In this document: piece by piece, positions 37,710 through 48,446 of the stretch
Layout of the letters: each line of letters opens with the position of its first letter
Position numbering within the stretch: the first letter of the stretch is position 1
Assembly (NCBI GenBank): GCA_965262915.1
Contig: OZ253564.1
Location: forward strand, 2,912,001-2,976,000
Source of the DNA: Candidatus Spongiisociaceae bacterium
GTDB lineage: Bacteria > Actinomycetota > Acidimicrobiia > Spongiisociales > Spongiisociaceae
DNA length: 64,000 bases
Reading direction: 5' to 3'
The notes under the pieces: generated by a model
What the model saw: the letters and a program-made list of their open reading frames with translations, nothing else
The model's database searches: none
Told to the model about the DNA's origin: nothing
Made by a program: the position numbers and the translations under genes

Positions 37710-39158
37710 ATGTTCCGCCGCCTCACCTATGTCATCGGCGCCGTGGTGGTGGCGGCGGGCGTGTCGATGGTGCCCGCTCTGATCGCCGCGCTCGTCTACA
37801 AGGAGTGGGCAACGGCCGGATGGATCTCGCTGTCGGCCGTCATCACCGTGGCGGTGGGTTTCGTCGGGTGGCGGGTGGTGGGCCGGTCGGGCACTCTCAC
37901 GACCAAGGAGGGATTCGCCACCGTGGGGTTGGCATGGTTCGCGATGGCGTTCTTCGGCGTCCTCCCCTACCTGCTCACGGGCTCGATCGGCAACCTGACC
38001 GATGCCTTCTTCGAGGCGACCTCGGGTTTCACGACGACGGGCGCATCGGTGGTACCCGATCCCGGCCTACTGTCCCACGGGATCCTCGTGTGGCGATCGA
38101 CCACTCAGTGGTTGGGCGGGATGGGGGTGATCATCCTGTCCCTGGCCATCCTGCCGCTGCTGGGTGTCGGGGGTGTGCAACTGGCCCGGGCCGAGTCCCC
38201 GGGGCCGGAGCCGGATCGCCTCACCCCCCGGTTCCGGGAGACCGCCAAGCGGCTGTGGTACGTCTACGCGCTCGTCACCGTGGCGGAGATGCTCCTTCTC
38301 TGGGCGGGCGACATGACCCTGTTCCAGGCGATCAACCACGCATTCACCACCATGTCAACCGGCGGGTTCGGGACCGAGGCCACCTCGATCGACGGGTTCA
38401 GCCCCTACGTGCAATGGGTGGTGATCGTGTTCATGTTCATCGCGGGAACCTCCTTCGCCCTCCACTTCCGGGCCGTCCGGGATCCGGGCCGGTACTGGAA
38501 GAACACCGAGTTCCGGCTCTTCGCGGGGGTGGTGCTGGCGGCTGCCGTGATCATTCTGGGAGGCATATGGGGGGAAGCATCTCTCTCGGACAGCATCCGG
38601 GACTCCTTGTTCACCGCGCTGGCGATCGTCACGACCACCGGGTTCGCCACCGCGGACTTCGCCAAGTGGGTTCCCGCCCTCCAGATACTGGTCGTCGGGC
38701 TGATGTTCGTGGGGGGCATGGCCGGATCGACCGCGGGTGGTATCAAGATTTATCGAATCGGGGTACTAATGAGAGCCGCCTCGGCCGATCTGCGGAGGCT
38801 GATCCACCCCAGGGGCGTGTTCATAACCACGTTCGGCGCCAAACGGGTGTCGGATCCGATCGTGGAGAGCGTGCAGTCCTTCTTCCTCTTCTTCATGTTC
38901 ATATTCATGACCGGTACCTTCCTTTTGGGCTTTATGGGATCCACTTTCGGACCCGAGATGGACATCGTGGCCGCCGTCTCGGCCACCGCCAGCGCCTTGG
39001 GCAACATCGGTCCCGCCCTCGGAGAGATGGGTCCGAGCGGCAACTACCTGGGACTCACCTGGCCCGGAAAGTGGCTGCTTTCCTTCCTGATGATCGCCGG
39101 CCGACTCGAACTATTTCCGGTTCTGCTGTTGTTCACGCGGTCGCTCTGGCGGCGATGA
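37710..39158 (+). CDS. trkH: Trk potassium uptake membrane subunit
   Basis: FFEATSGFTTTGAS, QWLGGMG, STGGF, GSTAGGIK, GNIGP, GRLEL. Confidence 0.96.
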   Translation: MFRRLTYVIGAVVVAAGVSMVPALIAALVYKEWATAGWISLSAVITVAVGFVGWRVVGRSGTLTTKEGFATVGLAWFAMAFFGVLPYLLTGSIGNLTDAFFEATSGFTTTGASVVPDPGLLSHGILVWRSTTQWLGGMGVIILSLAILPLLGVGGVQLARAESPGPEPDRLTPRFRETAKRLWYVYALVTVAEMLLLWAGDMTLFQAINHAFTTMSTGGFGTEATSIDGFSPYVQWVVIVFMFIAGTSFALHFRAVRDPGRYWKNTEFRLFAGVVLAAAVIILGGIWGEASLSDSIRDSLFTALAIVTTTGFATADFAKWVPALQILVVGLMFVGGMAGSTAGGIKIYRIGVLMRAASADLRRLIHPRGVFITTFGAKRVSDPIVESVQSFFLFFMFIFMTGTFLLGFMGSTFGPEMDIVAAVSATASALGNIGPALGEMGPSGNYLGLTWPGKWLLSFLMIAGRLELFPVLLLFTRSLWRR

Positions 39159-39182
39159 GGTTCGGAGGCCGCCGGTCACGGG

Positions 39183-40301
39183 TCACCGCACCAGGACTAC
39201 CAGCCGGTCACGGTGGATCAATTCGCCGTTCCAGCCGAGCTCGGTGGAGCGCTTGCCCATCCAGCGCCGGACATCGGAGGCCCCGACGCTTACCAGGCCC
39301 TTTCCCACCAGCGCGCCGTGCTGATCACGGACCTCCACCGCCGCGCCGGCCGGGAACTCGCCTTCCACTCCGGTGACGCCTACCAGGAGTAGGGAGCTGC
39401 CCCGCTTCACCAGGGCCTGCGCGGCGCCGTGGTCGATCCGCAGGGAGCCTTCCGCCTGCTGGCCGAAGGCCAGCCAGAGTTTCCTGGCCGACAGCTTGGC
39501 GTTTCCCGGCACCACGTAGGTTCCGGTTTCCTCCCCCCGGACGATGGTCTCGACCACGCCGAGCCGGTCTGATCTGGCGATGACGGTCGGTATACCGGAC
39601 CAGGCCGCCATACGGGCCGCCTCCACCTTGGTGCCCACGCCGCCCGATCCCATCGGACCGGCAGACCCCGCGGCCACCCGGTCGAGGAGCGGATCGCGGT
39701 GCTCGATCATGGATATGGGTTCCCCTTCGCCGGATCTGGGATCCGCGGAGTACAAGCCGTCCGTGTCGGTGAGGATTATCAGCATTCCGGCTCCCACCAG
39801 ATGGGAGACGATGGCGGCCAACCGATCGTTGTCGCCCATCTTCAGCTCGTCCACCGCCACGGTGTCGTTCTCGTTGACGATCGGAACGATGGAACTGTCG
39901 AGCATGCGGGTGAGCGCTCCGCGGGCGTGGAGGTACTGGGAACGCATCGACAGGATGTCGAGGGTTATCAGTACCTGACCCGTTGTGCGGCCCACGCGGG
40001 CGAAGACCCGGCTGTACTGGGCGATGAGCAGGCTCTGGCCTATCGCCGCCGCCACCTGTAGGCCGGTGGTATCGGTAGGGCGGCCTCCCAGGGTGGGCGA
40101 TCCGGCTGCGACTGCTCCGGAGGAGACCAGCACGGTCGGGTACCCGGCGTCCCAGAGCGTGACCACCTGGCTCGTGGCCCGACTCAAGGCGGCCTCGTCG
40201 ATCCCACCGTCCCGGCGGGTAAGGCTTGAGGAACCGATCTTGAGCACCATCGGGGTTCCCGGTGGCGGGATGAGCCGGCGGTAGCCCGAACTCTCACTCA
40301 T
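39183..40301 (-). CDS. proB: Glutamate 5-kinase
   Basis: KIGSSSL, VSSGAV, NENDTV, GDNDRL, GSGG..TK; PUA domain. Confidence 0.95.
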   Translation of the reverse strand: MSESSGYRRLIPPPGTPMVLKIGSSSLTRRDGGIDEAALSRATSQVVTLWDAGYPTVLVSSGAVAAGSPTLGGRPTDTTGLQVAAAIGQSLLIAQYSRVFARVGRTTGQVLITLDILSMRSQYLHARGALTRMLDSSIVPIVNENDTVAVDELKMGDNDRLAAIVSHLVGAGMLIILTDTDGLYSADPRSGEGEPISMIEHRDPLLDRVAAGSAGPMGSGGVGTKVEAARMAAWSGIPTVIARSDRLGVVETIVRGEETGTYVVPGNAKLSARKLWLAFGQQAEGSLRIDHGAAQALVKRGSSLLLVGVTGVEGEFPAGAAVEVRDQHGALVGKGLVSVGASDVRRWMGKRSTELGWNGELIHRDRLVVLVR

Positions 40302-41553
40302 CGTCGGGCTCCGAGAACTCGAACAGGTGGTCCCCGATGCGGACTTCGTCACCTTGTCGCGCTCCGGCCCGACGGAGGGCGTCGTCCACACCCAGCCGGG
40401 TCAGCCGCCGGGCGGCGAGACCTGCCGCCTCAGCCAGGGTAAGGTCGTTGAACGCCACCGCCTGCTCGGCTGCTCGCCCTTCCACAACCCAGACATCGTC
40501 GATCCGGTCCACCGTGAAGACGTGCTGGAGCGGGCGGTGCAGGATATACCCCCCACTCCTCTCGAGATGCCGCTCCGACCTGTCGACCGCATCCGCTATT
40601 CGGTGCAGCAGGCCTTCGATACCCTCGCCGCTGACGGCGCTGATCTGGGTCACGCCGGGGGCTGCCCGGCGGAGCCCGGGCGAGACGGCATCCGGTATCC
40701 GCAGGTCGGCTTTGGTGACCGCCACCAGCCGGGGACGCTCCGCCAGTTCGGGGTCGTGGGCCCGCAGTTCCCCGCAGAGAATCCGGTACTGGCGCTCCGG
40801 GGACACCGTCTGGAGGGGCGAAGGATCCAGCAGGATCACCAGCGCCCGAGCTCGTTCGCAGTGGCGTAGGAAATCATGTCCCAGGCCCTTTCCCCGGGCG
40901 GCCCCCTCGATCAGGCCGGGGACGTCGGCCAGCACGAACTCCCGGTCGCCGATCGAGACCACCCCGAGGTTCGGTTCCAGGGTGGTGAACGGGTAGTCGG
41001 CTATCTTCGGACGCGCCGCCGACACCCGGGAGATCAAGGTCGACTTGCCGGCGTTGGGGAATCCTACGAGGGCCGCGTCGGCGACCAGCTTCATCTCGAG
41101 CGTGAACCACGCCTCGGACCCGTACTCGCCCTGCTCGCAGAACGCCGGAGCCCGGTTCCGGGGAGAGACGAGGGCCGCGTTACCCCGGCCGCCCCGGCCT
41201 CCTGCCAGAACCTCCACCTGCTGCCCGTGTTCCACCAGATCGGCCAGGAGCCTGCCCTGGTCGTCGATCACCACCGTTCCGGGGGGAACCGTGAGGCTAA
41301 GGTCATCTCCGCGCCGGCCGTGGCGCAGATCGGCTGCTCCGTGGGCTCCACTGCCGGCGGAGTGATGCGGGAGGCGTCGATAGATCTGGAGGGTCGACAT
41401 CCCCTGGTCAGCCACGATCACGACACGGCCGCCCCGGCCGCCGGATCCTCCCGCCGGCTTTCCACGAGGCCGGCGTCCCTCCTTGACGAACGACACCGCC
41501 CCAGCCCCTCCGTTGCCGGATCGGAGCTGTACTCGAACGTGGTCTACGAACAC
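40294..41553 (-). CDS. obgE: GTPase ObgE
   Basis: MFVD..., Gly-rich Obg fold, GFPNAGKST, YPFTTLEPNLG, DVPGLIEGA. Confidence 0.97.
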   Translation of the reverse strand: MFVDHVRVQLRSGNGGAGAVSFVKEGRRPRGKPAGGSGGRGGRVVIVADQGMSTLQIYRRLPHHSAGSGAHGAADLRHGRRGDDLSLTVPPGTVVIDDQGRLLADLVEHGQQVEVLAGGRGGRGNAALVSPRNRAPAFCEQGEYGSEAWFTLEMKLVADAALVGFPNAGKSTLISRVSAARPKIADYPFTTLEPNLGVVSIGDREFVLADVPGLIEGAARGKGLGHDFLRHCERARALVILLDPSPLQTVSPERQYRILCGELRAHDPELAERPRLVAVTKADLRIPDAVSPGLRRAAPGVTQISAVSGEGIEGLLHRIADAVDRSERHLERSGGYILHRPLQHVFTVDRIDDVWVVEGRAAEQAVAFNDLTLAEAAGLAARRLTRLGVDDALRRAGARQGDEVRIGDHLFEFSEPDDE

Positions 41554-41820
41554 GGCTTTTCTCTCGTTAGGCGGCCGTTCGGCGGATTTCGGTGGTCAGT
41601 GTATTGCGGTGTGCGCATCCAGGAGAAGGCTACGGGGTCGATTGAGGGATCCGGGCTCTCCCCAGCGCTCGGGAAAACGGGCCGGTAAACGGTTGGCACG
41701 AGTCACCGGCTACCGGAGCATCTACAGACCACCGGGCGCGCCACCATCGGCCCTGTGACACGGGGATTGCAGCGGATACCCGGCGCCGGCCCCTGACCAC
41801 CGGCCACCGGTTCCCGGCCA

Positions 41821-42072
41821 TTAGTCCAGGATGACACTCACGCGGCGGCGACCGGCGCGTACGTGGTACTTGACCGTTCCGTGCCTGAGGGCGAACAGCG
41901 TGTCGTCGCCTCCCCGGCCCACGTTGTCGCCTGGGTGTATCGGAGTACCCCGCTGGCGCACGATGATGGTCCCGGCGTGGATCTGCTGGCCGTCGAATAC
42001 CTTCGGGCCGAGTCGCTTGGCCTGCGAGTCACGCCCGTTCCTAGTAGAGCCTCCACCTTTGGTCTTGGACAT
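41821..42072 (-). CDS. rpmA: 50S ribosomal protein L27
   Basis: [15 protein letters not shown]...IIVRQRGT. Confidence 0.97.
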   Translation of the reverse strand: MSKTKGGGSTRNGRDSQAKRLGPKVFDGQQIHAGTIIVRQRGTPIHPGDNVGRGGDDTLFALRHGTVKYHVRAGRRRVSVILD

Positions 42073-42399
42073 CTAGGCCTCCTCGGAATGTGCTGAACCG
42101 ATGTTCGTGATCTCGAGCCGCGTGTAGCGTTGGCGGTGACCCCGGCGGCGGCGGTAGCCGCTCTTGTTCTTGTACTTGAACACGTTGACCTTCTTGCCCT
42201 TCACCTCACCCAGCACCTTGGCTGTCACCTGCAACCGGGCCAGGTCCGGGCCGTCTGTGACCGCGCTTCCGCGGTCGTCGACCACCAGCAACGGCGTGAA
42301 GGTCACCTTGCCGGTGTCACTCCCCAGCAGTTCGACATCAATGATGTCGCCCGCCGCGACCTTTGCCTGCTTACCGCCCGAGCGGATGATTGCGTACAT
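42073..42399 (-). CDS. rplU: 50S ribosomal protein L21
   Basis: MYAII..GGKQ.KV...GHRQ.YT. Confidence 0.97.
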   Translation of the reverse strand: MYAIIRSGGKQAKVAAGDIIDVELLGSDTGKVTFTPLLVVDDRGSAVTDGPDLARLQVTAKVLGEVKGKKVNVFKYKNKSGYRRRRGHRQRYTRLEITNIGSAHSEEA

Positions 42400-42593
42400 G
42401 TCGGACCAGGATCCCTTCGCCTCGGGGGATATTAGGCGTGCGCCGGCGGGTAAACGAAACTCCGTAGCTCCGCCGGGTCGTCACAGACACACCGAGGAGA
42501 GTACGGAACAATCCGCAGGCGGCCAGTCGCCCGAACAACAGAATGCCGATGGATGAGCGACGGGCCCGGAGCAAACTTCATTGTTCAGCCCTC

Positions 42594-44132
42594 CTACGCG
42601 CTCACCCGGCTGATGGGCGTCCCTATCGTGGCCGCGGTCTCGTGCAGCACGAGACCCCGCCCATCACAGGTGTGGCATACGTCCGAGAAGGACTCCACCA
42701 GGCCGCTCGACACGTTCTTGCGGGTCATCTCCACGAGTCCGAGGCTGGAAACCGAATGCACCTGGGTGGTCGTCTTGTCCCAGGCGAGGGTCCCGCGCAG
42801 CTTCGACAGGACCGCCTCGCGGTTCTTCTTGGACTCCATGTCGATGAAGTCGATGACGATGATCCCGCCGATGTCCCGGAGCCTCAGTTGGCGCCCGATC
42901 TCCTCGGCGGATTCCAGATTGTTGTGGAGGACCGTGTCCTCGAGGTTGACCTTGCCGACGAACTTGCCGGTGTTGACATCGATCACCGTCAGAGCCTCGG
43001 TCCGGTCGATGACCAGGTGACCGCCCGAAGGCAGCCATACCTTCCTGTCCAGGGCTCGCCGGAGTTGATCCTCGACCCGGAAGCGCTCGAACAGGCTCTG
43101 CTGCCGGTCCTCGGTGAGGTGCACCCGCCCTACGAGGTTGGGGGCCACCTGCTCGAGGTACCTGACCAGCGCCTGATGGGAGATCTTGTCGTCGATCAGC
43201 AGGCGCCGGAAGTCCTGGGTGAAGTGCTCGCGTATCGCGCGGATCAGCAGGCTCGGCTCGCGGTGCACCATCCGGGGTGCAGAACCCCCCTCGCTCTTCT
43301 TGTCGATCTCGCGCCACGTCGCCACCAGCCGTTTGATGTCGGCCGCGATCTCCTCCCGTGAGGCGCCGGACGCAGCCGTGCGGACTATCACGCCGAACCC
43401 CTGCGGCTTCTCGGCTTCGATGATCTGGCGTAGACGGGCACGTTCCCGATCGGGCAGGCGTCTCGATATACCGGTCATCTTGTTGAGGGGCGAGAGCACC
43501 AGGTGGCGCCCCGCCAGGGTTACCCGGCTGGTGAGTCGCGGACCCTTCCCGCCCATCGGGTCCTTGTCCACCTGCACGACCAGATGCTGCCCCGGCTTGA
43601 GCAGGTGCTCGATACGCGGACCGCCCCCATGGGTGCGGCGACGCGAGTTGAGATCACCGGCGTAGATCACGCCGTTCTTCTCGGTCCCTATGTCGAGGAA
43701 CGCCGCCTCGAGCCCCGGCAGAACGCTTCTCACCTTGCCCACATAGATGTTGCCGACCAGCGACTCCTGATCGGACCGGTGAACGTAGTGCTCCACCAGG
43801 AGGGGCCCTTCGAGAACCACCACCTGGGTCTGGTGCGGCAACACCCGGACCAGCATCTGCTTGCGACCGGTCCCGGGTGCGGACGCTGCCTCTGCCGGCT
43901 TCTGGCGGGCGGGAGAGGCCTTCTTCACAGAAGGCTGCTGGGCAGACCTCCTCCTCCGCTTCTTCTTGTTCCTGGCGTGCGCTCCCACCGATGTGGGTCG
44001 GGTGGGGAGCTCGCGTACCCGCCGGACTTTTACGGTCCTACGGCCGATCTTCCTGGTTGTTCGTTCTTCGGTTGGTTCGTCGCCGACTCCGCGGCGAACT
44101 ACTTCGGCTGTGCTGCGCCGAGAAAAAAACAT
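42594..44132 (-). CDS. rne: Ribonuclease E/G
   Basis: GNIYVGKV..VLPGLEAAFLDIG, IDVNTG, LRLRDIGGIIVIDFIDM, GLVEMTRK, CxxCxG; start uncertain. Confidence 0.93.
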   Translation of the reverse strand: MFFSRRSTAEVVRRGVGDEPTEERTTRKIGRRTVKVRRVRELPTRPTSVGAHARNKKKRRRRSAQQPSVKKASPARQKPAEAASAPGTGRKQMLVRVLPHQTQVVVLEGPLLVEHYVHRSDQESLVGNIYVGKVRSVLPGLEAAFLDIGTEKNGVIYAGDLNSRRRTHGGGPRIEHLLKPGQHLVVQVDKDPMGGKGPRLTSRVTLAGRHLVLSPLNKMTGISRRLPDRERARLRQIIEAEKPQGFGVIVRTAASGASREEIAADIKRLVATWREIDKKSEGGSAPRMVHREPSLLIRAIREHFTQDFRRLLIDDKISHQALVRYLEQVAPNLVGRVHLTEDRQQSLFERFRVEDQLRRALDRKVWLPSGGHLVIDRTEALTVIDVNTGKFVGKVNLEDTVLHNNLESAEEIGRQLRLRDIGGIIVIDFIDMESKKNREAVLSKLRGTLAWDKTTTQVHSVSSLGLVEMTRKNVSSGLVESFSDVCHTCDGRGLVLHETAATIGTPISRVSA

Positions 44133-44623
44133 TGCAGGCGACTCCTTGAGTAAGTCTGGTTACCGCGCCGGTTGGGTACGGGGGCCGGGTCGGTTCGGGA
44201 GCAGGGCGGTCAGAGCGGTCAGGCATAGCTTCCTGTGCTCCCGCTGTGCGGTCCGGCGCCCCTTCTTCGGTTGCGCGGTGTTGTCTGGCAGTGGCCGGTG
44301 CCCCCGACTGGTGTCCGGCCGGATTCATGAGCCGCTGCTCGACTCTCCGACGCCGGGTCGGAACGTATCTGTTGAACTGCTTGCCGAATCTGTGGTCTGC
44401 GTACGTACGAATCTCACCCGGTCCGTCGTTCATCCCTCGGTCGGTCGGAGTGTTCACTGGTCCTCGTGTTCAAAGGTCCTCATGACGCCGCCCTGAGCGG
44501 ATTCACCGGGAAACGGAGAAGCTGCAGCGCTAAATCGAAGGCGGCATCGGGGGCCAGGCTCATGCCGGGCCGCTTGCGCGGTCCAACAAATACTCTAGCA
44601 GCTTCGAGGAGGGTGGTCGAGGA

Positions 44624-45805
44624 TCAGTGTGAAGCGCCACGGTCGTGGTACGAGTCGCTCATCGGAGAGCGGGAGCGCCACACCGAATTGACGATGCCCA
44701 GCCCTGCCGCCATGGAGATCATCGCGGAACCCCCGGCGCTCACGAACGGGAGCGGCAGCCCGGTGACCGGAACCAACCCGATGGTCATCCCGATGTTGAC
44801 GAAGATGTGGAATGACAGAAGGGATGCCATGCCGACCGCGATGAAAGCCCCGAAACGGTTGGGCGCCCCGGCGGCAACGATCAGGATCCTCCACACCAGC
44901 ACCGCGTACATGATGATGACGGCCGCCCCGCCCAAGAAGCCGAACTGCTCGCCGATCGCGGTGAAGATGAAGTCGGAGGTCTGCGCCGGTATGAAGTTGA
45001 GCCGGGTCTGGGTTCCCTGGAAGAGCCCCCGCCCGAGGAGTTGGCCCGAGCCGATGGCGATCTGCGACTGGTATAGGTGCCAGTTGACACCCTGCAGGTC
45101 TCTGGTCTGGTCGAAGAAGCCAGCCAGACGTTCCACCTGGTAAGAGCGAAGGACTTCGAGGCGGAAGACGGCCATGATCCCACCCACACTGATCGCCATG
45201 AGGACCGCCATCTGCTTTATTCCGGTGCCGGCTGCGAAGAGGATCCCGATGGCGATGAACCCGAACACCAGCATGGTCCCTAGATCGGGTTGCCTGAAGA
45301 TGAGCGAACCGGGTAAGGCCATAAGGGCCAGGGCCAGGGCCAGACGCCTCCAGCCGAGCTTCCGTTTGGATTCGCGCGCCAGGAATCCGCCAAGCACCAC
45401 GACCAGCGCCACCTTGGCGAATTCCGAGGGCTGGAACTGGAAGGATCCCAGCGGGATCCATCTGGAGGCGCCCTGATGAGGCGGGAAGAACAGAACCGCC
45501 ACCAGAACCGCCACCATGGTCCCGTATATGGGGACGAGCATGCGCCGGTAGATCCGGTAGTCGATCATCGATACGGCGACGAAGGCCACCAGGGCTACGC
45601 CGCCGAACACCAGCTGCCGTCGCATCGCGGCGGTCGGGTCGCCCGACTCGGCCTCCAGCCGTACATAGGTGGCCGAGTAGACCATGAGCGCTCCGAGGGC
45701 CACCAGACCGGCCATCAGCACGAACATGACGACATCCGGAGTCGGCTTGGAGCGGTCCCGGAAGAGCCCCCCCACCCCGTCGAGCGTGCGTCCGGCTACC
45801 GCCAT
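44624..45805 (-). CDS. rodA: Rod shape-determining protein RodA
   Basis: QPSEFAK, QPDLGT, AIGSG, TSDFIF, GLPLPFVSAGGS. Confidence 0.95.
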   Translation of the reverse strand: MAVAGRTLDGVGGLFRDRSKPTPDVVMFVLMAGLVALGALMVYSATYVRLEAESGDPTAAMRRQLVFGGVALVAFVAVSMIDYRIYRRMLVPIYGTMVAVLVAVLFFPPHQGASRWIPLGSFQFQPSEFAKVALVVVLGGFLARESKRKLGWRRLALALALMALPGSLIFRQPDLGTMLVFGFIAIGILFAAGTGIKQMAVLMAISVGGIMAVFRLEVLRSYQVERLAGFFDQTRDLQGVNWHLYQSQIAIGSGQLLGRGLFQGTQTRLNFIPAQTSDFIFTAIGEQFGFLGGAAVIIMYAVLVWRILIVAAGAPNRFGAFIAVGMASLLSFHIFVNIGMTIGLVPVTGLPLPFVSAGGSAMISMAAGLGIVNSVWRSRSPMSDSYHDRGASH

Positions 45806-45812
45806 CGGTGCC

Positions 45813-45919
45813 CTAGGAGGGTGCTGTAGAACGGCGGGGAGCAACGGCCCGTCTTCCTCTGAACAGGCATCATGTCATCGGTCGACGGGCCGTGAAGGGG
45901 CCTCACACCATCCTCCTAG
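45813..45919 (+). repeat. Family B MITE-like repeat between mrdA and rodA
   Basis: CTAGGAGGGTG...CACCATCCTCCTAG. Confidence 0.88.
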
Positions 45920-47862
45920 CGCTCCGTGTCCTCGCCGGCCACCAATGGGGTGACCACCTCCCCCAAGAGGTGTTGCATGACCGCTCGCACGGCGGGCGCG
46001 GCCACCGCGCCGCCCGATCCGCCCTCGTCCACCATCACCGCTACCACCCACTCGGGAGCGTCGATGGGCGCCACTCCCACGAACCATGCTGTGGCGTCGT
46101 GGAAGGTTCCGTCCTGATCCTCGAAGGCCTGGGCCGTGCCGGTCTTACCACCGACCAGTTCAGCCAGCCGACCCATGTCCTCGAATGCTCTGCGGGCGGT
46201 CCCCGACCGGACCACCGATGCCAGATCGGATCGCAGGGATGCCACTGTATCGGGGTGGATGTCGACCGTACGTAACACGCGGGGTTCGAGCGCGCGGATC
46301 CGCTCTCCGACCGGGGATTCGATACCCTCCGCCACCCGCGGCTGGTAGACGGTCCCACCGTTGAGGATCGAGGCGTACGCGACCGCCATCTGGAGCGGGG
46401 TGGCCAGGATGGGCCCCTGGCCGACTACCAGGTTCATCAGGTCGCCCCCCAGCCAACCCTCGGCTCGCACCCTCCACGGCTGGCTCTCCTGCCATTCCTC
46501 GAAGAGCTGCCGATCTCCGAGGATCCCCTCGTTCTCGAAGGGCAGGTCGACTTGCGTACCGCGCCCGAATCCCACATCGGCGGCCCAGTCCTGAACGATG
46601 CCCTCGCGGCCGGTGCGAGCGTAGTCACGCCATATGGACAGTGCGATCTCCCAAAAGTAGATGTTGCACGAGCGGCGGAGAGCGTCATGGAGGTTCTGGC
46701 GACCGTCGGAAGCCGGATATGTCCAGTTCCGCCACCTCAGCCGGGAGTCATCGCCGAGGTCGGCAGCGAGCTGGGGAGAGCACTCGATGTGCTCCTCGGG
46801 TGACGAGACCCCCCTCGGGAAGATGCCTTCCTCCAGAGCGGTCACGTAAGTGATGACCTTGAAGGTGGAGGCGGGAGGTTTGAGACCCTGGATGACCAGG
46901 TTGTTGAACGCCTGGCGGCTCGACAACTCCTCGAAGGTGTCCACATCGATCCCGCCCACGAAAGCCTGCGGTTCGAACGTGGGGTGGGAGGCCATCGCCA
47001 GGATCGCACCGGTGTCGACCTCCATCACCACGGCGGCGGCCCGCTCGGCCGGCTGGGGTATACGATTCGGATCCTGGTCGGTCCGCTCGCCCTTCAGGAC
47101 GTTGGACAACTCGATCGCCTCCTCGAGGATACGTTCGACGGTCTCCTGGGTGGCAACATCTAGGGTGAGACGCAGGGTCGAGCCCTGAACCGGTTCCTCC
47201 ACGCCTATCTCCTCCAGGATGTCCCCGTTCGGGTTGACGCGGTAGGCGACCTTGCCCGGACTACCTCGAAGGTACTCGTCGTACTCCCGTTCCACGCCCA
47301 GTTTCCCCACCGGTGTGTTGGTGTCCAACCACGGTCGGCGTTCGAGGTCGCCGCGCGAAGGGAGCCCGATGTGGCCGATGACATGCCCCATCAGCTGTCC
47401 ACGGAAGTATCCGCGCACCGGCAGCGTCCTGACGGTCACGCCCGGAAGGCTCGGCCGCCGCTCCATCACCAGGTAGGCCGTATCGGTGTCGATGGGGAAG
47501 CTGGTCAGGGCCGCGGTCCCTCCGGACGCGGTACGTTCGACCTCCCGGCGCACCTCGACCGGGGGGACATCCAGGATGGCGGCCAGCCTCTGGATGACGT
47601 CGTGCTCGACCTCGAGCGGTAGCACCGCCCTGTTGACCTCGAGGATCAGATGAGGCCGCGAGGTTGCCAGCGGGATCCCGTTCCGGTCGACGATGTTGCC
47701 TCGGGGAGCGGCGATGGACTCGATGCTGACGATGTTCTGGTCGGCCAACTCGAGGAAGTCGGCGCCGACCGCCAGCTGAACGAACCAGAGCCTGATGAAG
47801 AGGACGGCGAAACACCCCGTGAACACTAGGGCGAGCAGGCCCACCCTCCACCTGGGTCTCAT
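45916..47862 (-). CDS. mrdA: Penicillin-binding protein 2
   Basis: APRGNIVDRNG, STFK (SxxK), SCN, KTGT. Confidence 0.95.
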   Translation of the reverse strand: MRPRWRVGLLALVFTGCFAVLFIRLWFVQLAVGADFLELADQNIVSIESIAAPRGNIVDRNGIPLATSRPHLILEVNRAVLPLEVEHDVIQRLAAILDVPPVEVRREVERTASGGTAALTSFPIDTDTAYLVMERRPSLPGVTVRTLPVRGYFRGQLMGHVIGHIGLPSRGDLERRPWLDTNTPVGKLGVEREYDEYLRGSPGKVAYRVNPNGDILEEIGVEEPVQGSTLRLTLDVATQETVERILEEAIELSNVLKGERTDQDPNRIPQPAERAAAVVMEVDTGAILAMASHPTFEPQAFVGGIDVDTFEELSSRQAFNNLVIQGLKPPASTFKVITYVTALEEGIFPRGVSSPEEHIECSPQLAADLGDDSRLRWRNWTYPASDGRQNLHDALRRSCNIYFWEIALSIWRDYARTGREGIVQDWAADVGFGRGTQVDLPFENEGILGDRQLFEEWQESQPWRVRAEGWLGGDLMNLVVGQGPILATPLQMAVAYASILNGGTVYQPRVAEGIESPVGERIRALEPRVLRTVDIHPDTVASLRSDLASVVRSGTARRAFEDMGRLAELVGGKTGTAQAFEDQDGTFHDATAWFVGVAPIDAPEWVVAVMVDEGGSGGAVAAPAVRAVMQHLLGEVVTPLVAGEDTER

Positions 47863-47924
47863 CGGCTTATCGTCGCGTTCTCGCCGCCGGGATCCGGGTC
47901 GGGCGCGGCGCCGGGCCTGGTGCC

Positions 47925-48446
47925 TCACAGCAACCCTCCCGGCCGGCCGTACCGCGATGACGACCATGAGGTGAACAGCTTGGCGATCAATGGGAGCATG
48001 GCCAACGCCAGCACCATGTTGTACGCCGGAACCAGGAGAAACGTCTTGAGGATCCCGGGCGATCCGAGAGTTCCCTCACCGAACAGCGTACCGATCAGAG
48101 CCACCGTGGCCAGCCCTATGAAAGTTATCAGCCCGACCGCCGACACGGCGAAGTGGATACCGTAGTTGAAGCGGTCCCCGACCCGCACGGTCGCGTAGGC
48201 GGCCAGAGTGAAGGCCAGTCCGTGCAGCCCCAAAGGCGCGGTTCCCAACAGATCCAGCAGCAACCCCCCGATGAAGCCCAGTATGACCCCGGGCTCCGGT
48301 CTCAGCCATTGGACACAGGCGATCACGATCAGCAGGACCACATCCGGGCTCTCACCGAAGGGACGTACGCTGTGGAAGATGGTGGTCTGTGCCAGCACGG
48401 CCAGGACCACCAGCAGGAGCGACAGGAATACACGTCGGGCGGTCAC
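47925..48446 (-). CDS. mreD: Rod shape-determining protein MreD
   Basis: Hydrophobic, PDVVL, GF.GGLLLD; between mreC and mrdA. Confidence 0.92.
   Translation of the reverse strand: MTARRVFLSLLLVVLAVLAQTTIFHSVRPFGESPDVVLLIVIACVQWLRPEPGVILGFIGGLLLDLLGTAPLGLHGLAFTLAAYATVRVGDRFNYGIHFAVSAVGLITFIGLATVALIGTLFGEGTLGSPGILKTFLLVPAYNMVLALAMLPLIAKLFTSWSSSRYGRPGGLL

Noticed and set aside
44133-44620. Small gene or ncRNA upstream of rne
   Set aside because: No recognisable motif or RNA family; probably leader/promoter sequence.
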